A stretch of DNA of 64,000 nucleotides, from positions 31,186,001 through 31,250,000 of the forward strand of contig NC_082711.1 in assembly GCF_030144855.1 (NCBI RefSeq), in the 5' to 3' direction. Below the pieces are notes generated by a model. That model was not told the DNA's origin, made no database searches, and was given only the letters and a program-made list of their open reading frames with translations. Shown piece after piece: positions 12,485 to 25,000 of the stretch. Source of the DNA: Hypanus sabinus (Eukaryota). Every line of letters starts with the position of its first letter. The first letter of the stretch is position 1. Made by a program: the position numbers and the translations under genes.

Positions 12485-13260
12485 GTTCAAAGTTCACAAT
12501 TCAAAGTTAATTTATTACTAAAGAACGTATATGTTACCACATATTACCTTCAGTTTCATTTACCTGCAGGCAGTTTCAGGGAAAAAAGAAACACAACAGA
12601 ATTTACAATAAACTACACATAAATAGAGCAACACGAGTGAATCTGCAGATGCTGGAAATAAATAAAAACACAAAATGCTGGCAGAACTCAGCAGGCCAGA
12701 CAGCATCTATGGGAGGAGGTAGTGATGACGTTTCGGGCCGAAACCCTTCATCCCAAAACTTAGATATGCTCCTCCCATAGATGCTGTCTGCTGAGTTCTG
12801 CCAGCATTTTGTGTTTTTATTAATAGAGCAAGACTGACTAAAGCAAATGTGCGAAAGACAAACTGTGCAAATAAAAAATAATACTTAGTACTTGAGTTGT
12901 CAGGAGTCCTTGAAAGAGAGTCTGTAGGTTGTAGAACCAGTTCAGAGTTGTGGAGAATGTAGGGTAGCAAAAACAAAATGCTGGAGCAACTCGATAGGTC
13001 AGGCAGCTCCTATGGAAAGAAATAATGTGTCGATATTTCAGGCTGAGACCCTGAACCTGGTGGTGTGGGACCTAAGGCTTCTGTCCCTCCTGTTGATAGT
13101 AGTAGTGAGAAGCAGGAATGGCCTGGGTGGGGGAGGGGGCTTTGATGATGGATGCTACTTTCTCGTGGCAGTTCTCCGTGTAAATGTGCTGAATGGCGTT
13201 CCCTGTGATCCACCACTTCCTGCGGCCCTTCCCATTCCTGGGCATTGGTGTCTTCCGGCT
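12485..13260 (-). mobile_element. Rex1/Babar 3' fragment, interrupted
   Basis: aagttcaaag tail, plus ctgaacctggtggtgtgggacctaaggcttctgt corresponding to the Rex1 C-terminal LLPSGRRYRSL region. Confidence 0.7.
12632..12821. mobile_element. Penelope pLTR-derived palindromic insertion with TSD
   Basis: Inverted arms at 12662-12718 and 12769-12820, flanked by direct repeat aatagagcaa (12622-12631 and 12822-12831). Confidence 0.8.
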
Positions 13261-13639
13261 CTCATTGACTTAATATAGAAGTTAAATAAGGGAAACTCTA
13301 TCAGCCAAAGACAGGCACCACTCCTAATTGGACAGATTTCTGCATTTCTCTTATCGCTGGTCATGGTATCCCCACCACTGTTCCAGATTCAGAATCGGGT
13401 TTATAACCTCTGACAAAGGTCGTGAAATTTGTTGTCTTGTGTAGTACAATGCAAAACATGGAAAAAAAATTCTATAAAACTTTAAATAAATAAATAGTGG
13501 ACTGGAGGAATAGTGAGGTCGTGTTCATGAACCATTCAGAAAGCTGATGATGGAGAGGAAGAAACTCACATCCTTAAGAAGCAACTGTGCTGTCAGCAGA
13601 AGAGAAGTTATCACTAACCCTGACTAACAGTGGTCTCAT

Positions 13640-14100
13640 AAGAACTCATCTTCACCTGCCAGCTTTTTCCTATTAACTCTTAATTCCCCTACTATCCAAA
13701 AATCTATCCAACCTTGTCTTAAATATATTTACTGAGGTAACCTCCACTGCTTCATTGGGCAGTAATTCCACAGGTTCACCACTCTTTGGGAAAAGCAGTT
13801 CATAGAAACATAGAAGCATAATACAGGCCCTTCGGCCCACAAAGCTGTGTCAAAACCTTAGAAATTACCTAGGCATATCCATAGCCCTCTATTTTCCTAA
13901 GCCCCATGTATCCATCCAGGAGTCTCTTAAAAGACACTACTGTTTCTGCCTCCATCACCACTCCTGGCAGCCCATTCCACTCACACACCACTCTGCGTAA
14001 AAAACTTAATCCTGGCACCTCTGCCAAGAGTCTTACCATTAATTCTATATTCTGCCATCATATTTGACCTACCGAAATGAACCACCTCACACTTACCTGA
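13640..14100 (-). mobile_element. Stacked CR1 fragments
   Basis: Two reverse-complemented CR1 tails (about 13640 and 13801) and a KCEVVHFGRSN fragment. Confidence 0.75.
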
Positions 14101-15289
14101 TTTGCACAGATGTAGTTTTATTCTCTCTTTCAAGGCGTGCATAAAAGGTGTTGAGCTCATCTGGGAGTGAAGTATCACAGCCATTGATGCCCAATGAAGG
14201 ATATCAGCCCAAAACATTATCAGTTTATTGCTCTCCATAGATCCTGCCTGACCTGCTGAGTTCTTCCATCCATTATTGCTGTTAGGTTTTGTTTCATAGG
14301 AAGCAATGGCACGCATCTGACTGTGATCCGTGCAACATACATAGTTCTACCAAAGGAGCCACCCCATTCGTATGGCAACATCACGTGTGCTATAAAAGAA
14401 ACGTTACCAGTGGCAACCATATCAAGAGATCAAACAACCTTGTCGTTTATTCTGCAAATCAAGGATGCCTTGCTCAGCAGACATAAAAAGTTTTGCATCA
14501 TTAATACTGACTAAACGCTTTACGAATTAGGGAATTTGCAAGGAGGAGCCGAGTGCAAGACTGTACAAGGTCAGGCATGTGTCGAAGCTGCACGGGTAAC
14601 TGCCGTGGAATCGGCATGCAGGTTTCAGACAGCGATGCCTCAGTTCCTGTGAGCCACACAACGCAGACACGACACTGTGTAAGTGCAGCCTTCCACTCGG
14701 GCACCGTGACAAGATGTACAACTTCATACGCATATCCGGTTCACCAAGCTAATGCAGATCAGCTGTGACACATACTTCATCGCCAGGATGACTTCAGTCG
14801 CAGTACAAGTTCAACCAAGCCTGAGGCAACCAAAAGGAAATGTCATCAATTAAACATTGCCACTCAGTTCATTAGTGGAAGGTCAGCAGTTTGCTTTCAG
14901 AGTGAAGGTATAATGAAGCAAACATCTACTAAATTAATTTCTTCGATAATTTCCGGCAGACATTTCAGATTAACTCCATAATGTGCAGGTTGCTGGGTTC
15001 CATTTGAAACCAGTCAGACGGTGGTGGGGAACATAGAAGGTAAAACAGAACAGCATAGGCTTCAGCCTACAATGAGGCCCTCCGCTGGGCAGGGTCAACC
15101 ATGGTCCCAGCTCTCTATGTGATATGCAAACCAGCTTAAGGAACCCGTCTGTCATGTTGTGGCAAAATAATTAAATTAGCAATCAAATGCCCAACCAAAT
15201 GAATCTCTTCTGCCAACAATATGTTCATATCCTCGCAGTTCTGACAGATTCATGTACCTATCAAAGAGCCTGTTGAGCAGCTCTTCCAC

Positions 15290-16840
15290 TAAGATGGCAA
15301 TGCACTCAGTCGCAGCAGCCTCTCCAGGTTGTCTTTTATTGTCCTTTTAAAAATTTTATTTTTACAGTTGCAGATACTGCTGGACAGGAGGGATGATGGC
15401 ACCGAAAAGTGACTCCTTGGCTTTCATCTTCAGAAACAGTTCCTCACTTAATGTCTTTATTTTTCCCTCTCAGGGTTCTTTTGAAGACCCTGACCTGGAG
15501 TTCCAAGCAGGCTTCGGTTCTTTGCGGGAATGGGACCCGTTCTCGGGGTTCCACGACTGGCCGTTATTCAACATGCCAAGGGTTCGGCCTGAGAGTCTCG
15601 GTCGTGATCGGAAGCCTGAGATCGTGGGGCTCTGGAGACGGGTGGATTGAGGGTCGGTGTCGCAGCAGGAGACTCATTGTGTCGTCGGGGAGGACAAAAA
15701 ATCTTTCGCTGTGGGCCCGAAGAATAAAGGTCTTTGTAATCTTCGGATGCAGAGCTCAAAAAAAGCGACGAAACAGACTTTTAACATCGTAAGCTAGCAG
15801 GTTGTTTCCCGCTCGCTGTGAAAATGGAGGGACACCCCCCTCTCCCTTATTAAAGAGAGAGAGAGAACCTGTGGTTTGTCGAATGTCAGATGAAATGTGA
15901 AACCTTTGGGCTAACTTTGGTCTGTGTCTTTGCTATTGCTTAGCACACGTGTGGGCTCAGTGACGCTACCGATGCGCTGCTTTTTGCTGGTGGAGGGGAG
16001 AGGGGGACTGTTGCTCGCTGCTGCTATGTGCAGGAGGGGGAACTTGGGGTTCTCTCATTTAACTGTCATTCATTCTGTGGGGCACTTCTCTGTTTTTGCG
16101 GATGTTTTGCGAAGTAAAAACGTTTCAGGATGTATACTGTACACATTTCTCTGACATTAAAATGGACATTTGACCTTTGACTTTAAGTACTGCAGGTCTA
16201 CCCAATCAGCAAGGGAGCTGGATTTGGCGTGGACCACGTTGCTGCCTGCTACAGAGAGGTGTCCAGGTCGGTGTGTGCTCCAAAGGCGCGTGATTGCCCT
16301 GGATGTTTAGCTTGTGGACATTGGTAATGTGGAAATCATCAAGTCCGATTCATTGGCTTATAGGCGAGACTGGCGACGGTGGGGGGGGGGGGGGGGTGGT
16401 GGCTTCGTGGCCTTGGTCGTGTTGCGGACTAGGCCTCACAGAGTGGCATCGTCTTTTGTAGCCGCACAGGAGAGTAGGTGCCCGAGGTGGTACGACACAC
16501 CGTCCATGCTGGATTCGGGACTGGCCCTTCCTGTGGGTGCTGCTCTCCAGTGTTCGCTCGGTGGAAAACAAGCTGGATTGCGTTCGGCTGCAGTCTTGTT
16601 CTTGCCGACAATATCACGCACCATCAATCTGCAGGACCTAACACTCAGGGATTGGGCTATATTACATTTTTTCTGTGATTGTACACTTACTGCTATTATA
16701 TATGTGTTATATATGCCTCGTGCTGTGTGTGACTGTCGGTACTGTGTTTTGCACCTTGGCCCCAGACGAACTCTGTTTCATCTGGCTGTATTCATGGGTA
16801 TTCAGGTATGGTTGAATGACATTAAACTTGAACTCGAACT
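15290..16840 (+). mobile_element. Nested non-coding retroelements with Rex1-type tails
   Basis: Starts aagatggc (15290) and gatgatggc (15392). Tails gacattaaa..tttgacctttga (about 16180) and gacattaaacttgaactcgaact (about 16840). No coherent ORF. Confidence 0.55.
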
Positions 16841-16929
16841 GTTGTATTTGTCTTCATCATCACCCAGGTATTCCAAGCACTCACTACTCTGTCCAACACA
16901 TCTCCCTCAAACTTACCCCCTCTCATCTT

Positions 16930-17945
16930 AAAGTTGAAATTTTAAAGAAAAGTTATTATCAAAGTGCATATGTCTTACCATATACAATCCTGAGATTCAT
17001 TTTCTTGTAGGCATTCACACTAAATACAAAGAAACACAATCGAGTCATTGAAAGACCACACACAACAAGATGGACAAACAACCAATATGCAAAAACAACA
17101 AATTCTGCAAATAGAAAAAACCTAAATAATAATAATAAAGAAATAAGCCATAAGTATTGAGAACATGTGATGAAGAGCCCTTGAATGTGAGTGGATGGGT
17201 TGTGGGAACAGTTCAGTGATGGTTTGAGTGAATTTGAATGGAGTTATCCAGACTGGTTCAAGAGCCTGGTGGTTGAGGGGTAATAACTGTTCCTGAACTT
17301 GGTGATGTGGGTCCTGAGGCTCCTGCACCTTCTTCCTGATGGCAGCTGTGAGAAGAGAGCATGGTCTGGATGGTGAAGGTCCTTGATGATGGGTATTACT
17401 TTCCTGCAACAGTGTTCCATGTAGGTGTGATCAATGGTGGGGAGGGCTTTACCCACGATGAACTGGGCCGTTTCCACTACTTTTTTGTAGGCTTTTCCGT
17501 TGGCGTTGGCGTTTCCATACCTGGCCAGGATACAACTAGTCCACTGCATAGAAGTTTGTCAAAGTTTCAGGCGAGATGCCAAATCTTTGCGAACTTCTCA
17601 GGAAGTAGACCATCTTTGACCATAATTGCTGGATCCAGGACAAGTTCTCTGAAATGGTAACACCAAGGAATTCAAAGTCTCCACCTCTGATCCCCCAATG
17701 AAGACTGGTTCTTGGACCTCTGGTTTCCTCCTCCTGAAGCCAATAATCAATTCTGTGGTCTTACTGACATCAAGTGAGAGATTGTTGTGGCACCACTCAG
17801 CTAGATTTTCAATCTCCCTTCATATGCTGATTCGTCACCTTTGATTCAGCCAAGGACAGCAGCTAAATGGCATTGAAACTGTGGTTAGCCTCACAGTCAG
17901 AAGGAAAATGCAAATAAAGCAGTGGCTAAACACTCAGCCTTATCC
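16930..17945 (-). mobile_element. Rex1/Babar LINE 3' fragment
   Basis: ORF 17244-17549 contains IIKDLHHPDHALFSQLPSGRRCRSLRTHITKFRNSYYP. Confidence 0.88.
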
Positions 17946-18399
17946 TTTGCCTTGAGGTATTAGGCATTTCAACTCAGGGGAAGAGAGACTGGCTGCCTGC
18001 TCTAACTATGCTTCTAAAACTCATAAACCACTTCTTCCCCTCCATCATCAGTTTCCGAATGAATACCACCTCATTTTTTTGTACTTTTTATGATGTACTT
18101 CATTGTAATTGTCTTCACACTGTACTATTACCACAAAACATATTTCACATCATACAATACAGTTGTAGTAAAACTGATTCTATCAGATCATCCCTCAAGT
18201 CTCTGCTGTTTCAGAGAAAGCAAGACTTTTTGACTAATCTCTCCTAACAGCACATGCCCTCTAGTCCTGTTAAACTTCTTCTGCATGTTCTCCAAACACT
18301 GAACATCCTTCTGGTATCAGGGCAATCAGAATTGAATGCAATAATCTATGGAAAAGAGTCAACAGTCAATGTTTCGGGCAGACACCCCTCATTAGGACC

Positions 18400-19460
18400 C
18401 TTGGATTTTCAGAAGGCCTCTCACAAGGTGCCACACATGAGGCTGTGTAGCGAACTATGAACCTGTGGTACTCCAGGAAAGATTCTAGCATGGATAAAGC
18501 GATGGCTGATTGGCAGGAGGAAAACAGCCTTTTCTGCCTGGCTGTCAGTGACTAGTGGTGTTCCACAGGGGCCCTTGTTGGGACCACTTCTTTTTACGTT
18601 ATATGTCAATGATTTGGATGATAATATTGATGCCTTTTTTGCAAAGCTTGCAGATGATATGAAGATAGGTGGAGGCACAGGTAAGTAGAGGCTACAGAAG
18701 GACTTGGATTAAGAGAATGAGCAAAAAAATGGCAGGTGGAATATAGTGTTGGGAAGTGTAGAGTCATTCACTTTGGTAGAAAAATGAAAGGATTGGCTAT
18801 TTTCTAAATGGAGAGAAATTACAAAAAAACTGCGGTGCAAAGGATTTGGGAGTCCTTGTGCAGGATAACGATTAATTTGCAGGTCAGTGGTGAGGAAGGT
18901 AAATACAATATTAGCATTCATTTCAAGAGGACTAGAATATAAAAGCAAGGATGTGATGTTGAGCACTGGTGAGGCTTCAGTTGGAGTATTGTGAGCAGTT
19001 TTGGACCCCTTATCTTAGAAAAGATGTGCTGAAACTGGAGAGGGTTCAAAGGAGGTTCATGAAAATGATACCAGGATTGAATGGCTTGTCATATGAAGAA
19101 TATCTGATGGCTCTGGGCCTGTATTCACTAGAATTAAGAGGAATGAGGGGTGACCTCGTTGAAACCTATTGAATGTTGAAAGACCTTGATAGAGTGAATG
19201 TGGAGAGGATGTTTCCTGTGGTGGGAGAGTCTAAGACCGGAAGACACAACCTCAGAATAGAAGGGTGTCCTGTTATAACAGAGATGAAAAAGAAATTCTT
19301 CAGCCAGAGTGTGGTGAATCTGTGGAATTTTTTCCACAGGCAGCTGTGGAGGCCAAGTGTTTATGCATATTTAAGGCAGAGGGTGATATATTTTTTATTA
19401 GCCAGGGCATAAAGGAATACTGGGGGAAGCAGCAGAATGGGATTGAGAGGAAAAATGGAT
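18400..19460 (+). mobile_element. CR1 RT-to-3' fragment
   Basis: LDFQKA, LVTD/SGVPQG, LEYCEQFWTPYLRKD and KKFFSQSVVNLWN remnants. Confidence 0.88.
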
Positions 19461-21372
19461 CAGGTCAAATCGCTTTTTATTGTCATTTCAACCATAACTG
19501 CTGGTACAGTACACAGTAAAAATGAGACAATGTTTTTCAGGACCATGGTGCTACATGAAACAATACAAAAACTACACTGAACTACATAGAACAGCACAAA
19601 GAAAACTACACTAGACTGCAGACCTACCCAGGACTGCATAAAGTGCACCAAACAGTGCAGGCATTAAAATAAATAATAAACAAGACAATAGGGCAGTAAG
19701 GTGTGTTACGTACCCCGTAATTGGGTCACTTACCAGCAAAGATAGAGAGGTCTGTTGAAGTCTGATGGTACTATTTTTAACGGTATTTATTGATAAAAAT
19801 ACACAAAAATAATATCAATGCAAACATACATATAATATACGTCGTCAATACTAAATCTAAAAGCGCGGGTATAATAATAATCAATAAGAAATAGCTCTAT
19901 CGTTGTCTAAGGGATAATGCATTGTCCAATGGAAATATAAAAGTCACTTTAGTTCATTCAAGCTGCAGCTCTTGGTTGGAGAGAGAGACGGATTAAAACT
20001 TGCCCATTCCTTTTATGATGTCAATCCTTCGAGAGTTGTTGGGGCTGATTTCCCCTTTGTTGTTAGCAAAAGCCGTTCTTCTGTGGCAAGGCCCACCAAT
20101 TCCGAGGCAAATGGAAAAGGACACACGTGGCTTTCCACCGGCTTTCGCTATTACGCTGTTACAGGATTTCTAGCGTTTCTTCTGGTGCGTCTGAGGGGCT
20201 GTTCCCCAGACCCTCTTTTATCCCCACTCACAGGGTCTCAGATGTCAATCAGGGTGGAATGATGCCATCCCCCAACCAGCCCACGTTGCCTGAGGGCTTC
20301 CATGAAGTACAGTATTCAATACACAATTCCGTCTCCAAGAGACAATGACCTGTTCATTGGCATTGTAGCGCTGGGGCCAGGACATTCCAAACGTCTCTCT
20401 CTCATTTCCTGGGTCTCCTGCCCTGACTGAATAGCGATCTCGCAATTCTCAAAAAGGAGGGGGGGGGGGCACAGGCGTAACAGGTGTCAGTCCAGGCTCT
20501 GGGTATTGAGGAGTCTGATGGCTTGGGGGTAAGAAACTGTTACATAGTCTGGTCCTGAGAGCCCAAAAGCTTTGGTGCCTTTTCCCAGATGGCAGGAGGG
20601 AGAAGAGTTTGTATGAGGGGGTGTGTGGGGTCCTTCATAATGCTGTTTGCTTTGCAGATGCAGTGTGTGGTGTAAATGTTTGGAATGGCGGGAAGAGAGA
20701 CCCCGATGATCTTCTCAGCTGACCTCACTATCCGCTGCAGGGTCTTGCGATCCGAGATGGTGCAATTTCTGAACCAGGCAGTGATGCAGCTGTTCAGGAT
20801 GCTCTCAATACAACCCCTGTAGAATGTGATGAGGATGGGGGGTGGGAGATGGACTTTCTTCAGCCTTCGTAGAAAGTAGAGACGCTGCTGAGCTTTCTTT
20901 GCTATGGAGCTGGTGTTGAGGGACCAGGTGAGATTCTCCGCCAGGTGAACACCAAGAAATTTGGTGCTCTTTACGATCTCTACCAAGGAGCCGTCAATGT
21001 TCAGAGGAGAGTGGTGGCTCCATGCCCTCCTGAAGTCAACAACCATCTGTTTTGTTTAGTTCACATTAGGTTGTTGGCTCTGCACCAGTCTGTTAGCCGC
21101 TGCACCTCCTCTCTGTATGCTGACTCATCGTTGCTGATGAGACCCACCACAGTTGTGTCATCGGCAAACTTGATGATGTGGTTCGAGCTGTGTGTTGCAG
21201 CACAGTCATGGGTCAGCAAAGGGAACAGCAGTGGACTGAGCACACAGCCCTGGGGTGGGGGGGGCCCGGGCTCAGTGTGATGGTGTTGGAGATGCTGCTC
21301 CTGTCTGGACTGACTGAGGTCTCCCAGTCAGCAAGTCTAGGATCCAGTTGCAGAGGGAGGTGTTCAGGCTCA
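19461..21372 (-). mobile_element. Rex1/Babar LINE (RT to 3' end) interrupted by a solo LTR
   Basis: ORF 21061-21243 (LSPLLF..KFADDTTVVGLI) and ORF 20540-21046 ([20 protein letters not shown]). Confidence 0.92.
19704..20482. mobile_element. Solo LTR (probably Gypsy/Ty3), 779 bp
   Basis: Termini TGTTACG and CGTAACA (7-bp inverted), with 4-bp TSD ggtg at 19700-19703 and 20483-20486. Removing it restores contiguous Rex1 sequence. Confidence 0.88.
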
Positions 21373-22072
21373 GTTGGATGTTGTTAATGTGGAATGCTGC
21401 AAGTCCAATTCACTGATTTTTTTGGCAGGCTGTGGGGGAGCCGTGTGGCTTGAGGACTAGGCCTCAAGCTGTGGTGTCACCTGTTTAATGTCACGCAGGT
21501 AGGTGAGAGGCGTCCGAGTTAATGTGATCCACAGATGGTGCTGCCCTCCAGTGTTCACTCAGCAGAATACAGGCTGTAACATTCATGGATTCATCACTTT
21601 GACTATGTTTTTGTCTGACTATTTGACTGACATCTTATACTTGTGCCTTGTTCCCTGTGTGACTGTTGGGACTGTGCTTTGCACTGTGAGTTCTTCCTTG
21701 TTTTCTATGGGCAAGTCAATTCTAAATCCAAATGCCTAAATCACTATTGATCCCGTGCATTTTAAATACAATCATGTAAACAACTCTCACTATCACACCC
21801 CTCTTTACATCAGCAGCACAGCAGTAGAAGCTACAAGCAATTTCAAATTCCTGGGAGTGCACAACCTCTCATGGTCCCACACAACCTAGAACGCTCTACT
21901 TTCGGAAGAGGCTGCAGAGAGCTGGGCTATGCCCATCTGAGCTCGTGTTATTCTACAGTAATGCTGCAGAGACCGCTTCACAGCATACTGTGGCACTGCA
22001 TGGTACAGAAACTCCACTGTGCTGGGGTGGACAGGAAGGGTCCAAAAAGGGTATTCAAAACTGTCCAGCACT

Positions 22073-25000
22073 TCTGGATAGTTGAGGTCCTGAAGTGCGA
22101 GTTTTGGGAACCAGGCAGAAGGCTGAAGAACAGGACCTCAAGGGTGGCATTCTCAGGATTGCTGCCAGTGCTACGTGATAGTGATGGTAAGAATTGGAGG
22201 AGATGGCAGTTGAATACGTGGCTGAAGAGTTAGTGCAAGAGGCAGGGTTTTAGATTTTTGGACCATTGGGATCTCTTCTGGGGAAGGTGGGACCTGTACA
22301 GATTGGATGGGTTGCACCTGAACTCGAGGGGGAGCAATAGCCTTGCAGGTAGGTTTGCTGCATGGTTCGGGAAGGTTTGAACTAATTTGCAAGGGAGACG
22401 GGACCCGGAGCAAAAAAGCAGTGGAAGAGGTGCATGGAGTAAAGCCAGATCTAACATATAGAGAGGCTTTGAGGAAAGAGAAGCAGAATAAAGGGTGTAA
22501 ATGTAGTAAGGTAGAAGGGTAAAGTGCAAGTACTTCAATGCAAACAGCATCAGTAACAAAGGTGATGAACTGAGAGCTTGGATACATACATGGAATTATG
22601 ATGTAGTGGCCATTACAGAGACTTGGCTGGCACCAGGGCAGGAATGGATTCTCAATATTCCTGGATTTCAGTGCTTTAAAAGGGATGGGGGTGGGAGGGA
22701 AGGTGAGGAGGGGTGGCATTACTGGTCAGGGATACTATTAAAGCTACAGAAAGGGTGGGTAATGTAGCAGGATCCTTTTTTGAGTCAGTATGGGTGGAAG
22801 TCAGGAACAGGAAGGGAGCAGTTACTCTACTGGGAGTATTCTATAGGCCCCCTGGTAGCAGCAGAGATACCAAGGAGCAGATTGGGAGGCAGATTTTGGA
22901 AAGGTGCAAAAATAACAGGGTAGTCATCATGGTTGACTTTAACTTCCCTAATATTGATTGGCACCTGATTAGTTCTACTGGTTTAGACGGGGCAGAGTTA
23001 GTCAAGTGTGTGCAGGACAGATTCCTATCACAGTATGTTGACAGGCCAACTAGGGGGAATGCCATACTAGATCTAGTATTAGGTAACAAACCGGGTCAGG
23101 TCACAGATCTGTCAGTGGGTGAGCATCTGGGGGACAGTGACCACTGCTCCCTGGCCTTTAGCATTATCATGGAAATGGATAGAATCAGAGAGGACAGGAA
23201 ATTTTTTTTTAAATTGGGAGAGGGCAGATTATGAAGTTATAAGGCTAGAACTCACGGGTGTGAATTGGGATGATGTTTTTGCAGGGAAATGTACTATGGA
23301 TATGTGGTCAATGTTTAAGGATCTCTTGCAGGATGTTAGGGATAAATTTGTCCCAATGAGGAAGATAAAGAATGGTAGGGTGAAGGAACCATGGGTGACA
23401 AGTGAGGTGGAAAATCTAGTCAGACGGAAAAAGGCAGCATACATGAGGTTTATGATCAGATGGGGTTATTGAGGAATATAGGGTAGCAATAAAAGAGCTT
23501 AAGGAGCTAAGGAGAGCAAGAAGGGGGCATGAGAAAGCCTTGGCAAGTAGGGTAAAGGAAAACCCCAAGGCATACTTCAATTATGTGAAGAACAAAAGGA
23601 TGACAGCAGTGAAGGTAGGACCAATTAGAGATAAAGGTGGGAAGGCGTGCCTGGAGGCTGTGGAAGTGAGCGAGGTCCTCAATGAATATTTCTCTTTGGT
23701 ATTCACCAGTGAGAGGGAACTTGATGACAGTGAGGACAATATGAGTGAGGTTGATGTTCTGGAGCATGTTGATATTAAGAGAGAGAGAGGAGGTGTTGGA
23801 AGTGTTAAAATACATTAGGACAGATAAGTTGCCGGGGCCTGATGGAATATTTCCCAGGCTGCTCCATGAGGCAAGGGAAGAGATTGCTGAGCCTTTGGCT
23901 AGGATCTTTATGTCCTCGTTGTCCACAGGAATGGTCCCGGTGAACTGAAGGGAGGCGAATGTTGTCCCCTTGTTTAAAAAAGGTAGTAGGGATAGTCTGG
24001 GTAGTTATACACCAGTGAGCCTTACATCTGTGGTGGGAAAACTGTTGGAAAAGATCCTTAAAGATAGGATCTATGGGCATTTAGAGAATCATGGTCTGAT
24101 CAGGGACAGTCAGCATGGCATTGTGAAGGGCAGATCATGTCTAACAAACTTGATAGAGTTCTTTGAGGTGGTGACCAGGCATATAGATGAGGGTAGTTCA
24201 GTGGATGTGATCTACATGGATTTTAGTAAGGCATTTGACAAGGTTCCACATGGTAGGCTTGTTCAGGAAGTCAGAAGGCATGGGATCCAGGGAAGTTTGG
24301 CCAGGTGGATTCAGAATTGGCTTGCCTGCAGAAAGCAGAGGGTCATGGTGGAGGGAGTACATTTGGATTGGAGGGTTGTGACTAGTGGTGTCCCAACAAG
24401 GATCGGTTCTGGGACCTCTACTTTTGATTTTTATTAACGACCTGGATGTGGGGGTAGAAGGGTGGGTTGGCAAGTTTGCAGACAACACAAAGGTTGGTGG
24501 TGTTGTGGATAGTGTAAAGGATTGTCGAAAATTGCAGAGAGACATTGATAGGATCCAGAAGTGGGCTGAGAAGTGGCAGATGGAGTTCAACCCGGAGAAG
24601 TGTGAGGTGGTACACTTTGGAAGGACAAACTCCAAGGCAGAGTACAAAGTAAATGGCAGGATACTTGGTAGTGTGGTGGAGCAGAGGGATCTGGGGATAC
24701 ATGTCCACAGATCCCTGAAAGTTGCCTCACAGGTAGATAGGGTAGTTAAGAAAGCTTATGGGGTGTTAGCTTTCATAAGTCGAGGGATAGAGTTTAAGAG
24801 TCATGAAGTAATGATGCAGCTCTATAAACCTCTGGTTAGGCCACACTTGAGTACTGTGTCCAGTTCTGGTCGCCTCACTATAGGAAGGATGTGGAAGAGG
24901 AGGAGGATGAAAGGAGACATGATAGAGGTATAAAAGATATTAAGGGGAATAGATAGAGTAGGCAGCCAGCACCTCTTCCCCAGGGCACCACTGCTCAATA

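Noticed and set aside
14501-14820. Coding exon after the minus-strand acceptor-like tttccttttggttgcctcag at about 14821
   Set aside because: All three frames hit stops within about 45 nt, and the short ORFs resemble no protein I know.
16314-16931. 205-aa plus-strand ORF
   Set aside because: It lies within a non-coding repeat, includes a poly-G run, and reads through the repeat tail.
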